A stretch of DNA of 64,000 nucleotides from the human T2T-CHM13v2.0 reference genome, Homo sapiens: assembly GCF_009914755.1 (NCBI RefSeq), contig NC_060947.1; one strand, written 5' to 3'. Under the pieces are notes generated by a model. It made no database searches and was not told the origin of the DNA. It worked only from the letters and a program-made list of their open reading frames with translations. Each line of letters begins with the position of its first letter. The stretch's first letter is position 1. The translations under genes were made by a program, and so were the position numbers. This document shows positions 43,168-57,485 of this stretch, in pieces.

Positions 43168-43511
43168 TTATATGGTTTGGCTGTAACCCCATCAAAATCT
43201 CAACTTGAATTGTATCTCCCAGAATTCCACGTGTTGTGAGAAGGGACCCAGGGGGAGGTAATGGAATCATGGGGGCAGGTCTTCCCTGTGCTATTCTCGT
43301 GATAGTGAATAAGTCTCATGAGATCTGATGGGTTTATCAGGGGTTTCCGCTTTTGCTTCTTCCTCATTTACTCTTGCTGCCTCCACGTGAGAAGTGCCTT
43401 TTACTTCCCGCCATGATTCTGAGCCATGTGGAACTGTAAGTCCAATTAAACCTCTTTTTCTTTCCAGTCTTGGGTTTGTCTTTATCAGCAGCGTGAAAAC
43501 AGACTAATACA
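43168..43511 (+). mobile_element. THE1 (A/B-like) solo LTR
   Basis: 'atatggtttggctgt...gaatcatgggggcaggtctt...gtgaaaacagactaataca'. Confidence 0.9.
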
Positions 43512-44192
43512 CACTCTTAGTCAAAACAGTAGCATCTTTGAGAACCAGAAGAATAAACACACTTATTTGGAAATGTTAGCCTCTATTTTATTTCAAATGA
43601 AGTATCTGAAACTCATGGAGAGAAAACATTTGATGCCTGACCAGAATTTTAAATATAAATTTATAGAATGTAGAGCGAAGAGGCAAAAGTACAATACTGA
43701 GATGATGCAGGAACAGAAGACAGATCATAAAAGACAAGATGAAGATGCAAAGCCAGACTCCAGTAAAAGAGATAAAATGGTTTGCCCTGCATTTGTGAAG
43801 ACCTGTCCAACATCTTGGCTCCCAGATGATTTACTAAGTATTTCACTATAGTTTCCTCTGAGCAATGTCAGCATTATGAGCTGGAATTTATAGCAGAATA
43901 TGATTAATATCAGGTCTTGTATGCCAAAATGCTGACATTATCTAGCACGGTTATTAACCTAGATTCAAAAAGAAATCTCCTTTCTCCAGGTTCAAAAGAG
44001 TATAATGATACTAATTTTTAAAATCTCCCTTAATATCAAAAGATGAAATAGATTAATCACATTTTTTATGCAGAGAAATATAGATGCCTGTATCTTTATA
44101 ACAAGCTGGTTCACATTAAAAGCAAGTGCATCCATGGTACTAGTGCAACACTTGGATCAGAAAAAAACATAAGCTTATTTATTTAAAAATCC

Positions 44193-44452
44193 ATGTATGC
44201 TCTCACTAATAAGTGGGAATTGAATAATGAGAACACATGGACACAGGGAGGGGGACATCATACACTGGGGCCTGTCAGGGGGTGGGGAGCAAGGGGAAGG
44301 AGAGTGTTAGGACAAATACCTAATGCATGCGGGGCTTAAAACCTAGATGATGGGTTGACAGGTGCAACAAACCACCATGCCACATGTATACCTATGCAAC
44401 AAACCTGCACGTTCTGCACATGTATTCCAGAACTTAAAGTAAAATTAAAAAA
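44193..44452 (+). mobile_element. L1PA 3' end (~260 bp)
   Basis: 'gagaacacatggacacagggagggg...cacatgtattccagaacttaaagt' with A tail; TSD 'aaaaatcc'. Confidence 0.92.
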
Positions 44453-44487
44453 AAAAATCCTAATTACTTCCCATAAGGTTCTTTGTA

Positions 44488-44765
<278 letters not shown>

Positions 44766-45479
44766 CTTCCTGTGAGATTCTTAAGGGATGAAACTTCTTT
44801 TTCTGTAGAAACTTTCAGTATTATTATTTTAATTTTAATTTTCTTCTTTCTTATTTTAATTTTAAATTTTGACATTTATGTTTATTTTATTTATTATTAT
44901 TTAATTTTCATTTTATTTTATCTTAATTTTTATGCACTTTTCAAGCCATTTCATCTCTTCCTTTTTACTCTCAAAATTTGTGTTTCCAGTTCTTTCTAAA
45001 AAATATTGAGGATCCAATGTCTATGAATCAAAATTATATACGTTAAAAGAAAAAAAGCCTATAGTGAGTAACGTTCAATGTTTTCAGTTTTTTTTTGGAC
45101 CTAGCTTTTTTTTGGACCATTTTTTAAATAACTATAGAAGCTGTGAGATAAAGCATTCTTAATACAAACTCACCCTTAACATAGAAATTTAGAAATTTCC
45201 ACAAAATAATAAGATTCTTCAAACAATAAACATTTTCATTTCATTATATTTATTCATTGTCTTTGATTGAAACTGTCACTTGTTTTTATCTTGAGAGAAC
45301 ACAAGCTGTGCAAAGAATTCCAACTAATGATTCAAATTGTGTTGTTTTTTTCAAAGCATTGCCATTCGAAACGGGAAGCATCATGTTTACAAATCTGAGT
45401 TTTGAAATGCTTCCCAAAATTTGCTTGTTGTCTTTAGTAAATATTTATCTCTACCATCTAAAAGATAATTGGTACATAT

Positions 45480-46700
45480 CAAAGAATATAAGTAACAGTT
45501 ACACACATTAGAAAGCCTAATTATAAAATGAATACTTGTAAACTCACCATGCAACTTAAGAATTAGAGCATTTCCAATCTTTGTATTTCTTTCATCTAAC
45601 CTGTGCCCCTGCCTCCTCGTAGTGGCAACTATTTCCCACATTTATGTTTATTTCTCCATTGCTGTTTGCTTTTAATACAACTTTTATAAACATACTTAAA
45701 CAGTAATATTGTTCAGTTTCTTATCTTTATGAAAATGATGTTACACAGCATATAGTCATCTGCAGCTTTCTTCAACCAACCTTATGCTTTTAGGATTTAT
45801 TTATTAGACTGATGTGTATAGCTATAGTTTATTCATTTTTCTCTTAGATATTGTGACTGTAGCATAATTTAGTTATTCATTCTCTTATTGTTACAGATTG
45901 GGTTATTTTGCATTTTTGTTATTACAATGTTGCTGTGATTTTTTTTTGCATGTTTACCCCTTTGCAATATGTGTGCTCATATTTTCATGTTTTTAAGTCT
46001 CTATTTTATACCCCAAGAGTATTTAGTATTCTTGTTTTTAATGGTCAATATTTATTTAAATTTATATGCATTTCTCATTGTTTTTCAGGCCCTTCTTCAT
46101 TTTCTTATTTCCTACTGAGATAATTTTCTTTCTCCTTGAATAGCTGCCTTTATTCTTTTATGTGTGTCTGCTGGCAGTGAATCTTAGTTTTTTAGTATGC
46201 ATATGTATTTAATTGCTTTTTGAAGGACATATTTACTAGATATAGAATTCTAAGTTGGTGGTTATTTTCTTTTGGCAGTATAAGAATATAATTTCATTTT
46301 GTCTTGGCTTTTTCATTTTTGATGAATAATTAGCTATTGATTTTATCGTTTCTCCTTTCATAGTAATGTGTCTATCTATAGCCTTTTTAGGATTTTTTCC
46401 ATGTTTTTGGTGTTTAGTAGTACTATTAAGATGTGTGTAGTTGTGATGTCTGTTATTTATCTTGCTTGGATGCAGAATGCTTCTTGAAACTAAAGTTTGA
46501 TGCAATCCACTAGGCCTGGAAAATTATCTGCTAAAATTTCTGTAAATATTGCTTCTTTTCCATTTTAAAATTTTCTCTCCAATTTCTTTATGTCTTTTAT
46601 GATAATCTGTATATTTTCTATTCTTTTTTCTCTGTATGTTTCAGTCTTTATATTTTTGACTGGCCTATATTCAAGCTCTCATCTTTTTTCTCAGTAATAT
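45480..46700 (-). mobile_element. Old L1ME-type fragments
   Basis: Antisense 3'UTR-like and ORF1-like motifs ('tttttgaaggacatatttactagatatagaattctaagttgg'). Confidence 0.6.
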
Positions 46701-47437
46701 GTCACATGTTTGGTCAGAGAAAAGTTGCTTCTTTATACACAATATTGTAATGAGTTAGACTAGAGGTATACAGACTTGAAATGGGAAGTGAAGGTGTTGG
46801 AATAAAGGTGAAACTACAAAATGACAATAGATAATATCATGCCAAATAAACAGTATTTAAAATCACTGTCTGATTTACTATTTATATTTCCATTATTCTC
46901 ATACTCACAAGTTTTGAAATACAAAGCAAATTATTCTGAAATAGGATTATAGTAATAAAGCCTAATACCTATATGAAGAAATATTGAATTCTGTACAGGA
47001 AAATTGATAGTTAGAATTTTACCTAATTTACAGAATTCTTGGCTTTGTTCCAATTTGTTTATTTGTTCATTCTCTTCTACCATAGTCTTTAATTATTTCA
47101 ACTTGTTCTTTTAATGCTAGATATCAACTACTACAGCATAGAAAAGTGCTACTCAGTAAGGACTTTGTATATAAGCAGTTATGCAAATTCAGATTAAAAA
47201 GTAAAATTTCTGTTTTACATTTTTCATCTATATGGGGACAATAGTAGTCCTTAATTCATAGTTATTATGACTATTTAGCAAGTATCTATCTATTTATCTA
47301 CCTATCAACTATTATGCATCTATGATCTAGCTATGTAGCTGTCAATGTATCTAGCTGTATTATCACTTAGGAGAGTTCCTGATGCACAATGGATACTATT
47401 GAAAGACAAATGTAGCCATTACTCTTATTTTTTATTG

Positions 47438-48340
<903 letters not shown>

Positions 48341-49435
48341 ACTATCATCACCCTTAAGAAACTCAGAAATATCTTCAGTTGTATGGTGGTGAGTAGGATA
48401 AAAAAAAAAAGAAATTTAGAAATAGTTCTTCTCAGGCAGCCACTTTTTACTATTCCCTCTTTTAACACAGTTCATTAGGGCCTCACATCTAATACTGAAT
48501 ATGAACAAGAAAGAAGTTTATTTTTTATAAAATTCTTTGGGACAATACATGCTTATACATATTGATTTCTACATCGTCAGAATGTCTCTCAAATAAGACC
48601 TCAAAACTTATTACAAGAGATAATCTTTGAAAATGTAAAATTTTTGATGCAGTGTTCTTCTTTAAACCAGTATAAAGCAACATCACAAAATCTTTTTAGC
48701 ATATGACTGATAGGTTAAAACCCCACCTCACCTTTAGAATGAAAATAATATTTTCATTTACTGAATGATTCCATTTTAAAAATAATATCCTTCTGGATCA
48801 TTTTACGTATCAAATGTCATAAGAATTCCTCTGGGCTACGTATTTACTTATTAGCATTTATATTTATATTCCCTAAAAGTGACCTTAAAAAGTATCTTAT
48901 GTGCTTCATAAAACCTCTGCTATTTCTGAAAGGTCAAGGTAGTTTATTTTGCTTGACAAGACATATGCCTTGATCTTCTTTATCTAAGACGAAATTTTAG
49001 GCTGATCCCATTCAAGCTTTACAAATTCAGCTCAAGAAGCTGCACCCAAAAGTGCAGGACCTCTGCAATTTCTACAGGCTTCTTTTATTTCATAGCTACC
49101 TGGATTTCCTCACCTAGAAAATGTCTTGCCTCATAGTGAGGCATATCTGTCTGCACTGGATTTCAAGGACTATGACTGGTCAGGAAATTCCTGCCAGGAG
49201 GGATGGGTTGGAGGAGTCAGTGTTTAAAAACATTAAAAATTTCATTAGCTAAAAGACCGGGAAGCTAATGAACACCTGGAGGGGTGGGACCAGCCTGAAA
49301 TCCTGAATAAATACAGGTGGAAACTTCATTTCTAGTCAAGGTGTTCTATGGCAGTTGGGGGAAAAACTACCTAAATGTATTGAGTACCTAGCAGGGTTGG
49401 ATGCTTGGGAAGATGGGTTAATAATGCGGTTCTGA

Positions 49436-49735
49436 GGCCAGGTGTAATGGCCCATGCCTGTAATCCTAGCACTTTTGAGAGATGAGGTGGGAGGATCACT
49501 TGGGCCCAGCAGTTCCAGACCAGCCTGGGCAACATGATGAGACACTGTCTCTATGATTTTTTTTTTAATGAATCAGGCATGGTAGCACACACCTGTAGAC
49601 CTAGCTACTTGTGTGGCTGAGGTGGAAGGATGACTCGAACCAGGGAGGTCGAGGCTGCAGTGAATGATAATCATGCCACCGTGCTCCAGTCTGGGAAACA
49701 GAACAAGACTCTGTCACAACAAAATAAAAAATAAA
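49436..49735 (+). mobile_element. AluJ
   Basis: Diverged dimer 'gaggatcacttgggcccag...gaggtcgaggctgcagtg'; TSD-like 'ataatgc(g/a)gt'. Confidence 0.88.
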
Positions 49736-50467
49736 TATAATGCAGTCTCTGACTTAAGGGCTATTTAATAGCATAAATAAAGAAGTAATAAAATACACTG
49801 TTATGATAAGGGAGGAGCTGAGAATGCTGGAGGGCAAAGGTAGAGAACAATAATTGTAGTGGTTGCCTTTCATGGAGTACCTTCAGCTACTATGCTAAGT
49901 TCTGTACAATAACTGTCTGATTTAATTAATAGTCCATTGCAGTCAGATAGATATTATCGTAGCAATTTACAGAAGAGAAAATTATGGCTTGTAAAATTAT
50001 AGTATTTTGATCAGAGTTTTAGGAATAGGTAATAAGACCTAGAGATTCAAACTCAATTCCATTTAATTTAAAACACCTAAGTGAGAAAGTCCAACTAAGC
50101 ATGTTACTGACAGAGATTTCAATTGAGCAGATAATCAAAATATACAGCAAGAAAGACTTGTTGCCTTCTATAGCATTGTGGCAAGAGACTAGGTTTTGTA
50201 TTCATAGCTGAATTCATTGAATCATGGCTGCCACTTGATGCAATTTTCAACAAGTTACAGGAGAGTTCTGAGGATTGGCTTATCTATATTTTCATGATAA
50301 TAATACATCACAAGGTTATTGCAAGATAAGTAGTCAATAAAATAAAATTGATTTTGTTAGGATTACTTTTCCCTGTTAGATGTGGGCAACAAAAGTGGGC
50401 AAGTGTGTATTACAGACTAGTGGTCAAATTGGCTTAAAAAGTTATCTGAAGAACAAGGGATATTTCC

Positions 50468-50796
50468 TGTGGCTTGGGATCCATAGAGAAACACTTTGGT
50501 TAGAAACATGGAAAACACGCCAAGTGAATTTTTTGATGAGCTCAAGTGCATGAGGTTTAGGAAGTAAAACTAAATTTGTGGATGGAAGCTTCTCCTAGTA
50601 TATGTAGATAAAAGAATAAAAACAGGTTTTTCTTCTAGTTCATGACCAAAACTTAAGCGAAGTATACCAGCTAGGCATTTTCTTAAAGTGTCACATCTCC
50701 TCTGAGAAGCGGTGTGATAAAGTTGACAGTCAAGGTGAATAGTGACTCGGGGACCAGTATTCTCTTCTTTTGCTTAGTTTTCTCAAGTGAGCCATT
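50468..50796 (+). repeat. Copy 1 of a diverged ~330-bp direct duplication
   Basis: Colinear with 52981-53306; shares the exact 20-mer agataaaagaataaaaacag. Confidence 0.85.
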
Positions 50797-52203
50797 CAAT
50801 AGGGATATGTTGATCTGTCCACATTGGACAGAAAAGCTAGTATACATGCATTATCTGTGTGAGGTGGTACAAGGGATATATCACTACTAGTGGTGGTCAT
50901 TAAGGATATGATATGGAAAATGTAATTGCTAAAGAAGACAATATAGAGAAAAGAGCCAATAATTTGTCCTGTCTTAGGGAAGGTAGTGACATTTAGGTAT
51001 AAGAGGAGGAACAGAAAGTAGCAGAGGAATGGCCAGAGAAGGAGAATGGAGACTTCAATGGCTAGGAGCCAGGTAAAAAGGTGATCCACAGTTTCAAATG
51101 ATGCAGAGAAGTCAAGGAGGAATATTACTTAAGTTTAGCTTTCCACAGAACAGCATAAACATATAGAACTGTGGGAATCTCGGACCATATAAGGAACCCT
51201 GATGCCTTCCTAACAAAAATCAAACCATCCACGTATTTCAGTTCCAGAGACTTTCAATATATTTACTTAATTAAAAAGGTATTTAGTAATTTAATTGATG
51301 ACAAATGATTATTTCTAGGTGGACTGGATCCATATGTAGTAAGAATCTGGAGTCTTGTGACACTATTACTCCCATCCAAAGTATATAACATATGAAGAAT
51401 ATTTAACTATTTTTCCACTGGTAAATAGAGCTGTGTTTCTCAGATGAGATGATCTTGATGGTGAAACTGAAATGTGTTTGATGTCTATGACATGTTTGAT
51501 TGTTTTACGTTACATAGTGATACTTAATTTAAGTAAATGATGGATCTGCATTGTTTATAAGCTTCATCAAATTTCCCTCATCATTTTAAGAAAAATTGTT
51601 CATAAAGTTTTTCACTATCATCTCTACAGTTTTCACTGTCAGAAATATGCATAAATGTTGTTGTTGTTGTTGTAGCCTTGGGATAAAATAATGCTTTAGA
51701 AGTCCTGAGCCCTGAGTATGAAATAAACATGTATTGATAACTATTTATAGAAAATAACTTTGAGATATTAGCAAGATAAACATCTATTATATTCTGTGGC
51801 TTTCTAGATACATATTTTATATATTTCATTTTTATACCTTGCCTTTTAATGGAAGTATTTCTAATATTGGTTGAAAATATTGCTTCTCCTGTTTTGCTAG
51901 CCTTGAAAGTATTTAAACAGTATTACTTTTTTAGCCTAAGTCAATGCTTCTTTTGCAAAATATATTATCAGAATTTAGAAGTTAATTAATTACTTCTTAA
52001 TTTCGCTTGGAGAAATCTTTGATCATAAACTCAATACTTGTTTTTCTGTCATTCTCCTTAAGCAAAAATGAGTCTTTCCCAGGGATAGTTGTGGTTTAGA
52101 GTGATGTCTTCTTTTTAGTCCAATAATCTATTCCCTCCGTAGACTGTCCTGCTTTCAAAAAGATGAGGTATCAAAACCTGACTTGAAATCACCCTTTTCA
52201 GAT

Positions 52204-52272
52204 CCATGTCCTTGGCTGCCCTTTGACTGCCATATCCTTGGCTGCCATTTGGCTGTCATTTCCTTGGCTACC
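52204..52272 (+). repeat. 26-bp tandem repeat, ~2.6 copies
   Basis: ccatgtccttggctgccctttgactg / ccatatccttggctgccatttggctg / tcatttccttggctacc. Confidence 0.85.
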
Positions 52273-52980
52273 ATAGGTGCTTACTTGATACAAAATTGGC
52301 TTTTCTCACTCATTAAAGGTGTTTAAACTGAAAGGCTTGATTTTCTCTTTGCTTTTCACAATCCCTCAAATTAACCTTCACTAAAAAAGAAGAAGAGATA
52401 TAGTGATGTCTTAACTACCTGTTCCAGTGACACTTTCTGTCAAAAAATAAGTAACTTTCAAATTGAAACCAAATGTCTGGCACAGCTAGCTCATGAGCAT
52501 TTGTGATCGGTCTTGACTCTTCTCATGGCTGCTTTAGCCTTTGATAAGGGTAATTTAGCTCCAATATAGAGATAATTGGTAAGTTGGGCTTCCTGTGAAA
52601 CTGTCAGAGAAAGTTGGTTACTTAGTTACCACAGGCTTCTCAATCTTTTTCATCTGTATCTCACAGCAGAAACATACATAAACGGTATAAACAGCTAAGC
52701 ATTGTAAATTGTGTCATCACTGGGCTTCTGATAGTATGGTGCGGGGAGCCAGTATATTTGAATTTATCCTTCTTAAAGTACTTTTCAAATGGCTACAATA
52801 TATAGGACCCTGTATGTGTGGTTAATTCCCTAATAAGAAATGAATCAAGTCGGTATTAACTTAATAAAATATGATACATAATCTTATTTACCTGAAAAGA
52901 TCACCATGTGACATGAAAGTTTTGATACTGATTTGTAAAATTCAAAAGTTAGACCTATGCAATCAATTATTCAATTGTGT

Positions 52981-53306
52981 TGTGTCTTAGGATTTATACA
53001 GAAACACTTGAGTTAGCAACATAGAAAAAATCAAATCGATTGTTTGATGAAATCAAGTGCCTGAAGTCTTTGAAAGTAACCCAAAACGAGAAGAGAAACT
53101 TTACCCATTCTATACAGATAAAAGAATAAAAACAGAATTTATTGTAGTTTGTGACCAAAACTTCAGCAAATATTTTCAGTCAGGCATTTCTTACAATGTC
53201 ACATTGTCTGTTGGAAGCAGTGTGATGAGGTTGACAGTGCAGTTGACTGGAGACTCCACAGACCAGCATTCTATTCCCATTCCAGATTTTCTCAAGCAAG
53301 TCATTT
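52981..53306 (+). repeat. Copy 2 of the diverged ~330-bp direct duplication
   Basis: Colinear with 50468-50796. Confidence 0.85.
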
Positions 53307-53511
53307 ACCTTGTTTATATGAGGTTCTTCTGAAATATATTTGAAAATAAATGCTGTTTCTAAATCATTTTGAACTGCATTGAATTCTTTGGTACGATTTC
53401 ATGAGTGCAATTCATTATATCATTGAGCTTATTAGTAAGAGAGTCTCTGAGACATGATTAAAATCTTTCACAGATGAGAAAACCAAACTCCAGAGAAATA
53501 ATTTTCTTATA

Positions 53512-53729
53512 GATGTCTTTTTCAGTCTTGGCACTATTGACAGTTTGATCTGCATAATTTCTTGCCACTTGAGTGGGGTGCCCTGCACATTGTAGAACGT
53601 TGAGCAGCATCTCTGGCCTCTACTCATTAGATTCCAGTAGCAACTCCCTGACCCGAGTCATAACTACAAAAAAAGTCTCCAGATATGCCAAATGCCCCTG
53701 GGAGAAAATCCCTTAATTGAGAACCACTG
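53512..53729 (+). mobile_element. MER20 (hAT-Charlie), inserted in a MIR
   Basis: 'ttggcactattgaca...cattgtagaacgttgagcagcatctctggcctctac...ttgagaaccactg'. Confidence 0.85.
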
Positions 53730-54377
53730 GCCTAAGTCATGTGACATGATAGTGGCTGAGTTAGAAATGAAGTTCAGGCCTGCTGGCTCTTACTATGGTG
53801 GTATTCTTGCTCAGTCACACTATCTTACACACTAATTGGTATGTTGAGTGGAAGTAGATATCAGGGAGAGGGAGGAGTGAGAGAGAGAGAGCAAGAAAGG
53901 GAGAGAATAAAGAAGCAAGGCATTCTGAGGATCGGATTCTGGGGCAAGCAGCAAGAAGAGTCGAATGGAAGATATTAAAATATTAGAAATGTGCAGAAAA
54001 GTACATGTGGTTGTCCAGAAACCAAGGCAAGCTAGAAGCCAGAGTCTACCAATCCAGGTCTCATTAACGTAGGCTCAACTCTTAATGAAGTTACATTCTG
54101 TGTCCTTCTTCTCTCAGGGCCTTGAGTGTCCCTGTGAGTGTGTAATCTTTGGAGTGGATTTTGGTCATTCTGAATGCAGAAGCCTCCCAGTGCTCCCCTG
54201 GGGCCTTCAGGTTTTCTCCTGAGCTTGCTTTTAGGATTCTCTACCACTGGATGTTGCACACAGATTCTGACGGGAAAGCACTGACCCACTCCTGGACACT
54301 TAGGGGCTGTTGGCTGATTAAAATTTACTCTATTTAATTTGGCAGATTGATCCATTGAGCATCTGCTTGTGTGTGTG

Positions 54378-54715
54378 ATTTTATTTTATTTTTATTTTAC
54401 TTAATTTCCTCATCTTTACTGAGATAAAACAGACAAATAAACATATATACTTAATATGTACAGTGTGATATTTTAAAATATATACATACACATTGTGAAA
54501 TAGTTAAATCAAACTAATTAACTTATTCACCACCTCACACTTATTTTTGTGGAGAGAATATTTAAGATCTGTTTTCTTGACAATTTTCAAGTATACAGTA
54601 TTATTATCTGTAGTCACCATATCGTATAATAGATCCCATGAATGTATTCTTCCCATCTAACCAAATTTAGATTCCCTTCATTTTTAAGGCCGAATAGTAT
54701 TCCATTATATTGCAT
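54378..54715 (-). mobile_element. L1MA 3'UTR fragment
   Basis: 'cacattgtgaaatagttaaatc..actaattaac' and 'caattttcaagtataca'. Confidence 0.7.
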
Positions 54716-54775
54716 TTTGGGTGTGAGAGAGTTAATGATAGCTCCACGTTTTGACCTGAGAGATTGTAAAGATGG

Positions 54776-55186
54776 CATATTTGTCTTTCCTCATATTTCT
54801 ACAAAGAAATATTTGAGACTGGGCAATTTATAAAGGAAAGATGTTTATCTGGCTCATGGTTATGCAGGCTGTACAGGAAGCATAGTGGCTTTTGCTTCTG
54901 GGGAGGCCTCAGAAAGCTTCCAATCATGGAAGAAGGCAAAGGGGGAACAGCCGTATTACATGGGAGGAGCAGGTACAGGAGGTCAGAGGGAGGTCCCACA
55001 CACTTTTAAATGACCAGATCTCACAAGAACTCACGATCACAAGGACAGTCCCAAGAGGCATGTTGCTAACCCATTCATGAGAAACCGCCCTCATGATAGA
55101 ATCACCTTCAACCAGGCCCCACCTCCAAAATTGGGGATTACAATTTGATATGAGACTTGGCAGGGACACAGATCCAAACTATATCA
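54776..55186 (-). mobile_element. MSTA-like solo LTR
   Basis: 'ggctgtacaggaagcat...gggacacagatccaaactatatca'; TSD GATGG (54771-54775 / 55187-55191). Confidence 0.88.
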
Positions 55187-55191
55187 GATGG

Positions 55192-56900
55192 TTGTGAAAT
55201 GGAGGAGCCTGTGTAATTAACGGACTTGAGGGAAGATAAGGAGCATTGTGTGGTACAGTTTATATTTCAGATGCCATTAATTATACAAGAGTTTATATAA
55301 ATTTTGACTTAAGGAGAGTTATAAGATGGAGATATGTATGTGGGACTAATCAACCTATAGCTACATTTAAAACATCAATACTGGACGGAATCATAAAATG
55401 TATCAAAAGAGCATTCAAAGAATGAGCCCTGTGGTACTCCAGTCTCTGGAAGTTTAGTGAAATGGGAAGGAATTTGCTAAGGAGACTGATTAGAAATGGC
55501 AAGTGCCATAAAAATGAATGCCAGGAGGGCATAGTTCCATGGAAACAAAGTGAAGGGACCACGCAAGGAGGGATGATTAACTGTGTCAAACACTTCTGGT
55601 AGAAAGAAAGAAAATAGGGGGTAAGAAAATAATTTAAATATGTGGAAGTTATTTGTAACATTGTCTAGTACATTTTTGATGGAATAGTAGAATTGAAAGT
55701 CTCATTGGAATGGGCCCAAGAAAGTATGAGAGGTGGGGAATTGGAAACCTTGAGTGCAAGCAATTCATTTGAAGAACTTTGAGATTATAAGGAACAGAGA
55801 AACAGGGCTAGAGCTTCAAGTAAATGTAGATTCAGAAGTCTTTTAAGATAAGAGAAACTGTAGTATGTCTCTGTATCGATGTGAAAAATCCAACAGAGAG
55901 AAAAATTACAAAGATTCTGGAAAGAGGGAAGAATTGAGAAAGTGGTGTTCTTTTCTTGGTTAGGGTCTTACACAAAAGTGGAAAAGATGATCCTAGAATG
56001 GAGCACAGACAATATATCAATATTAATAGAAGAAAGGTAGAGCATATATGCATATTTGCCAAAAGATATATAAGATATGTTATAATTTAACATATAAGAT
56101 ATGGTTTGTGAAATTCTGCTTTACTCTCTCTCTTCTTTCCTCCTCCTCTTCCAATCAGTGCCATTAGCTGAGAGTGAAGATTGGGAAGGAAGTGTTGGAC
56201 ATTTGAAATAGGAGGAAAATGCACAAAATAGATTTCTATGACAGTGGGGAAAGGAGTGAACTATAGAAACACATTACAATTGCCTAGTGTCATTAAGGTC
56301 CTTGACTAACTTCATGAGGTGTAGAATGGTAATCCTCCTAGGTTTCTAGAAGTGAAGGAAAACCAGATACTAGTAAGCAGATATAAAGACTATCCCACTG
56401 ATAGACTGTGGAATTCAATCTAGGGGTAATTGAGGATGCAACAGGGCAAGGGATAGTAAAACGTTACCAGGAGAAATGCGCCTTGGTGGGGAAAAGATAA
56501 TTGGAATTTCAGTACTAGAAGAAGTACACTGAAATTATAGGATACGGTAGTCAGAATGGGATTCTGGAAATTGAAGTTATAAGGTAGTTATATTTTTGGT
56601 TATGACAAGGTCTAGGATATACCCATGGGAGTAGGTGGATAAGACTGGGTGGAAGCCAAAATCATTTGAGAAGAGGACATTTTAAAAGTGAAATTTTAGG
56701 GTACTTGAAGCATCATCCATGTGGATAATGCAAGTATCAGTAACTATGGCTAAAATAGTCCTAGAGAGAGTGACGATGTGTCAAGATAAAATCTCCAAGA
56801 AATAATGAAGAGTGACACCGGAGTCTCCAAATGGTTGCAACAGGGAAAGACAGAGTGATTTAGTTTGATAATATAATATTCAAAGCAAAAAGTTTGAAAT
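55192..56900 (-). mobile_element. L2 body fragments
   Basis: Purine-rich L2-like sequence ('gaatgagccctgtggtactcca', 'gattaactgtgtcaaa'). Confidence 0.6.
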
Positions 56901-57366
56901 ATGAAGAAAGGAAAATATAATTAAACTATTTTATAAATAGTTGGGAGATCCTTGGCCATTTTAAAGGTTATTAAAAAGAGAATATTGACTATTAATCTGC
57001 TATGATTGTCTTCTTTTAAATTGCTAAAGTCACTCTGGTTAATTATAATCTCAGTTACCAAATTATAACGTTTGTTGAGATAATTAGTTGACTGTTCAGC
57101 AGTCATCTCTGATTTACCTGTAGTTCATTAAATATGGGGAGAATCTTCAAAGTAGAAATGTGAAAATAGAAACCGGAATTCATTTTATTACCAGAAGAAT
57201 GTGAAAATCTGGGCTAAAATGATTCACCCAAGATTATAATGTTAATCATTAGCACAGCCAAAAATGAAATAAAACTAAAGTTCCTGAGTTAAAGTTGGTA
57301 GATTTAACCAATAAACAAAATTAAATGAAACAAAAACAACAGTAGCAATAAAAATAAACACAAAAG

Positions 57367-57485
57367 AAAACAGAATGGTTAGTTAAATTTTAATTTCAGG
57401 TAAACATCAACGTTTTAGTATTAGTACGTCTCAAATATTGCCATGAAATATACTTATACTAAAAAATCATGTATTTTCAACCCTG
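57367..57485. mobile_element. MER53-like palindromic MITE, partly deleted
   Basis: 'agttaaattttaatttcagg...ttttagtattagta..aaatattg..tacttatactaaaa...tgtattttcaaccct'. Confidence 0.7.

Noticed and set aside
43567-43851. 94-aa charged ORF
   Set aside because: Non-ATG start, no recognisable homology; composition is explained by purine-rich DNA.
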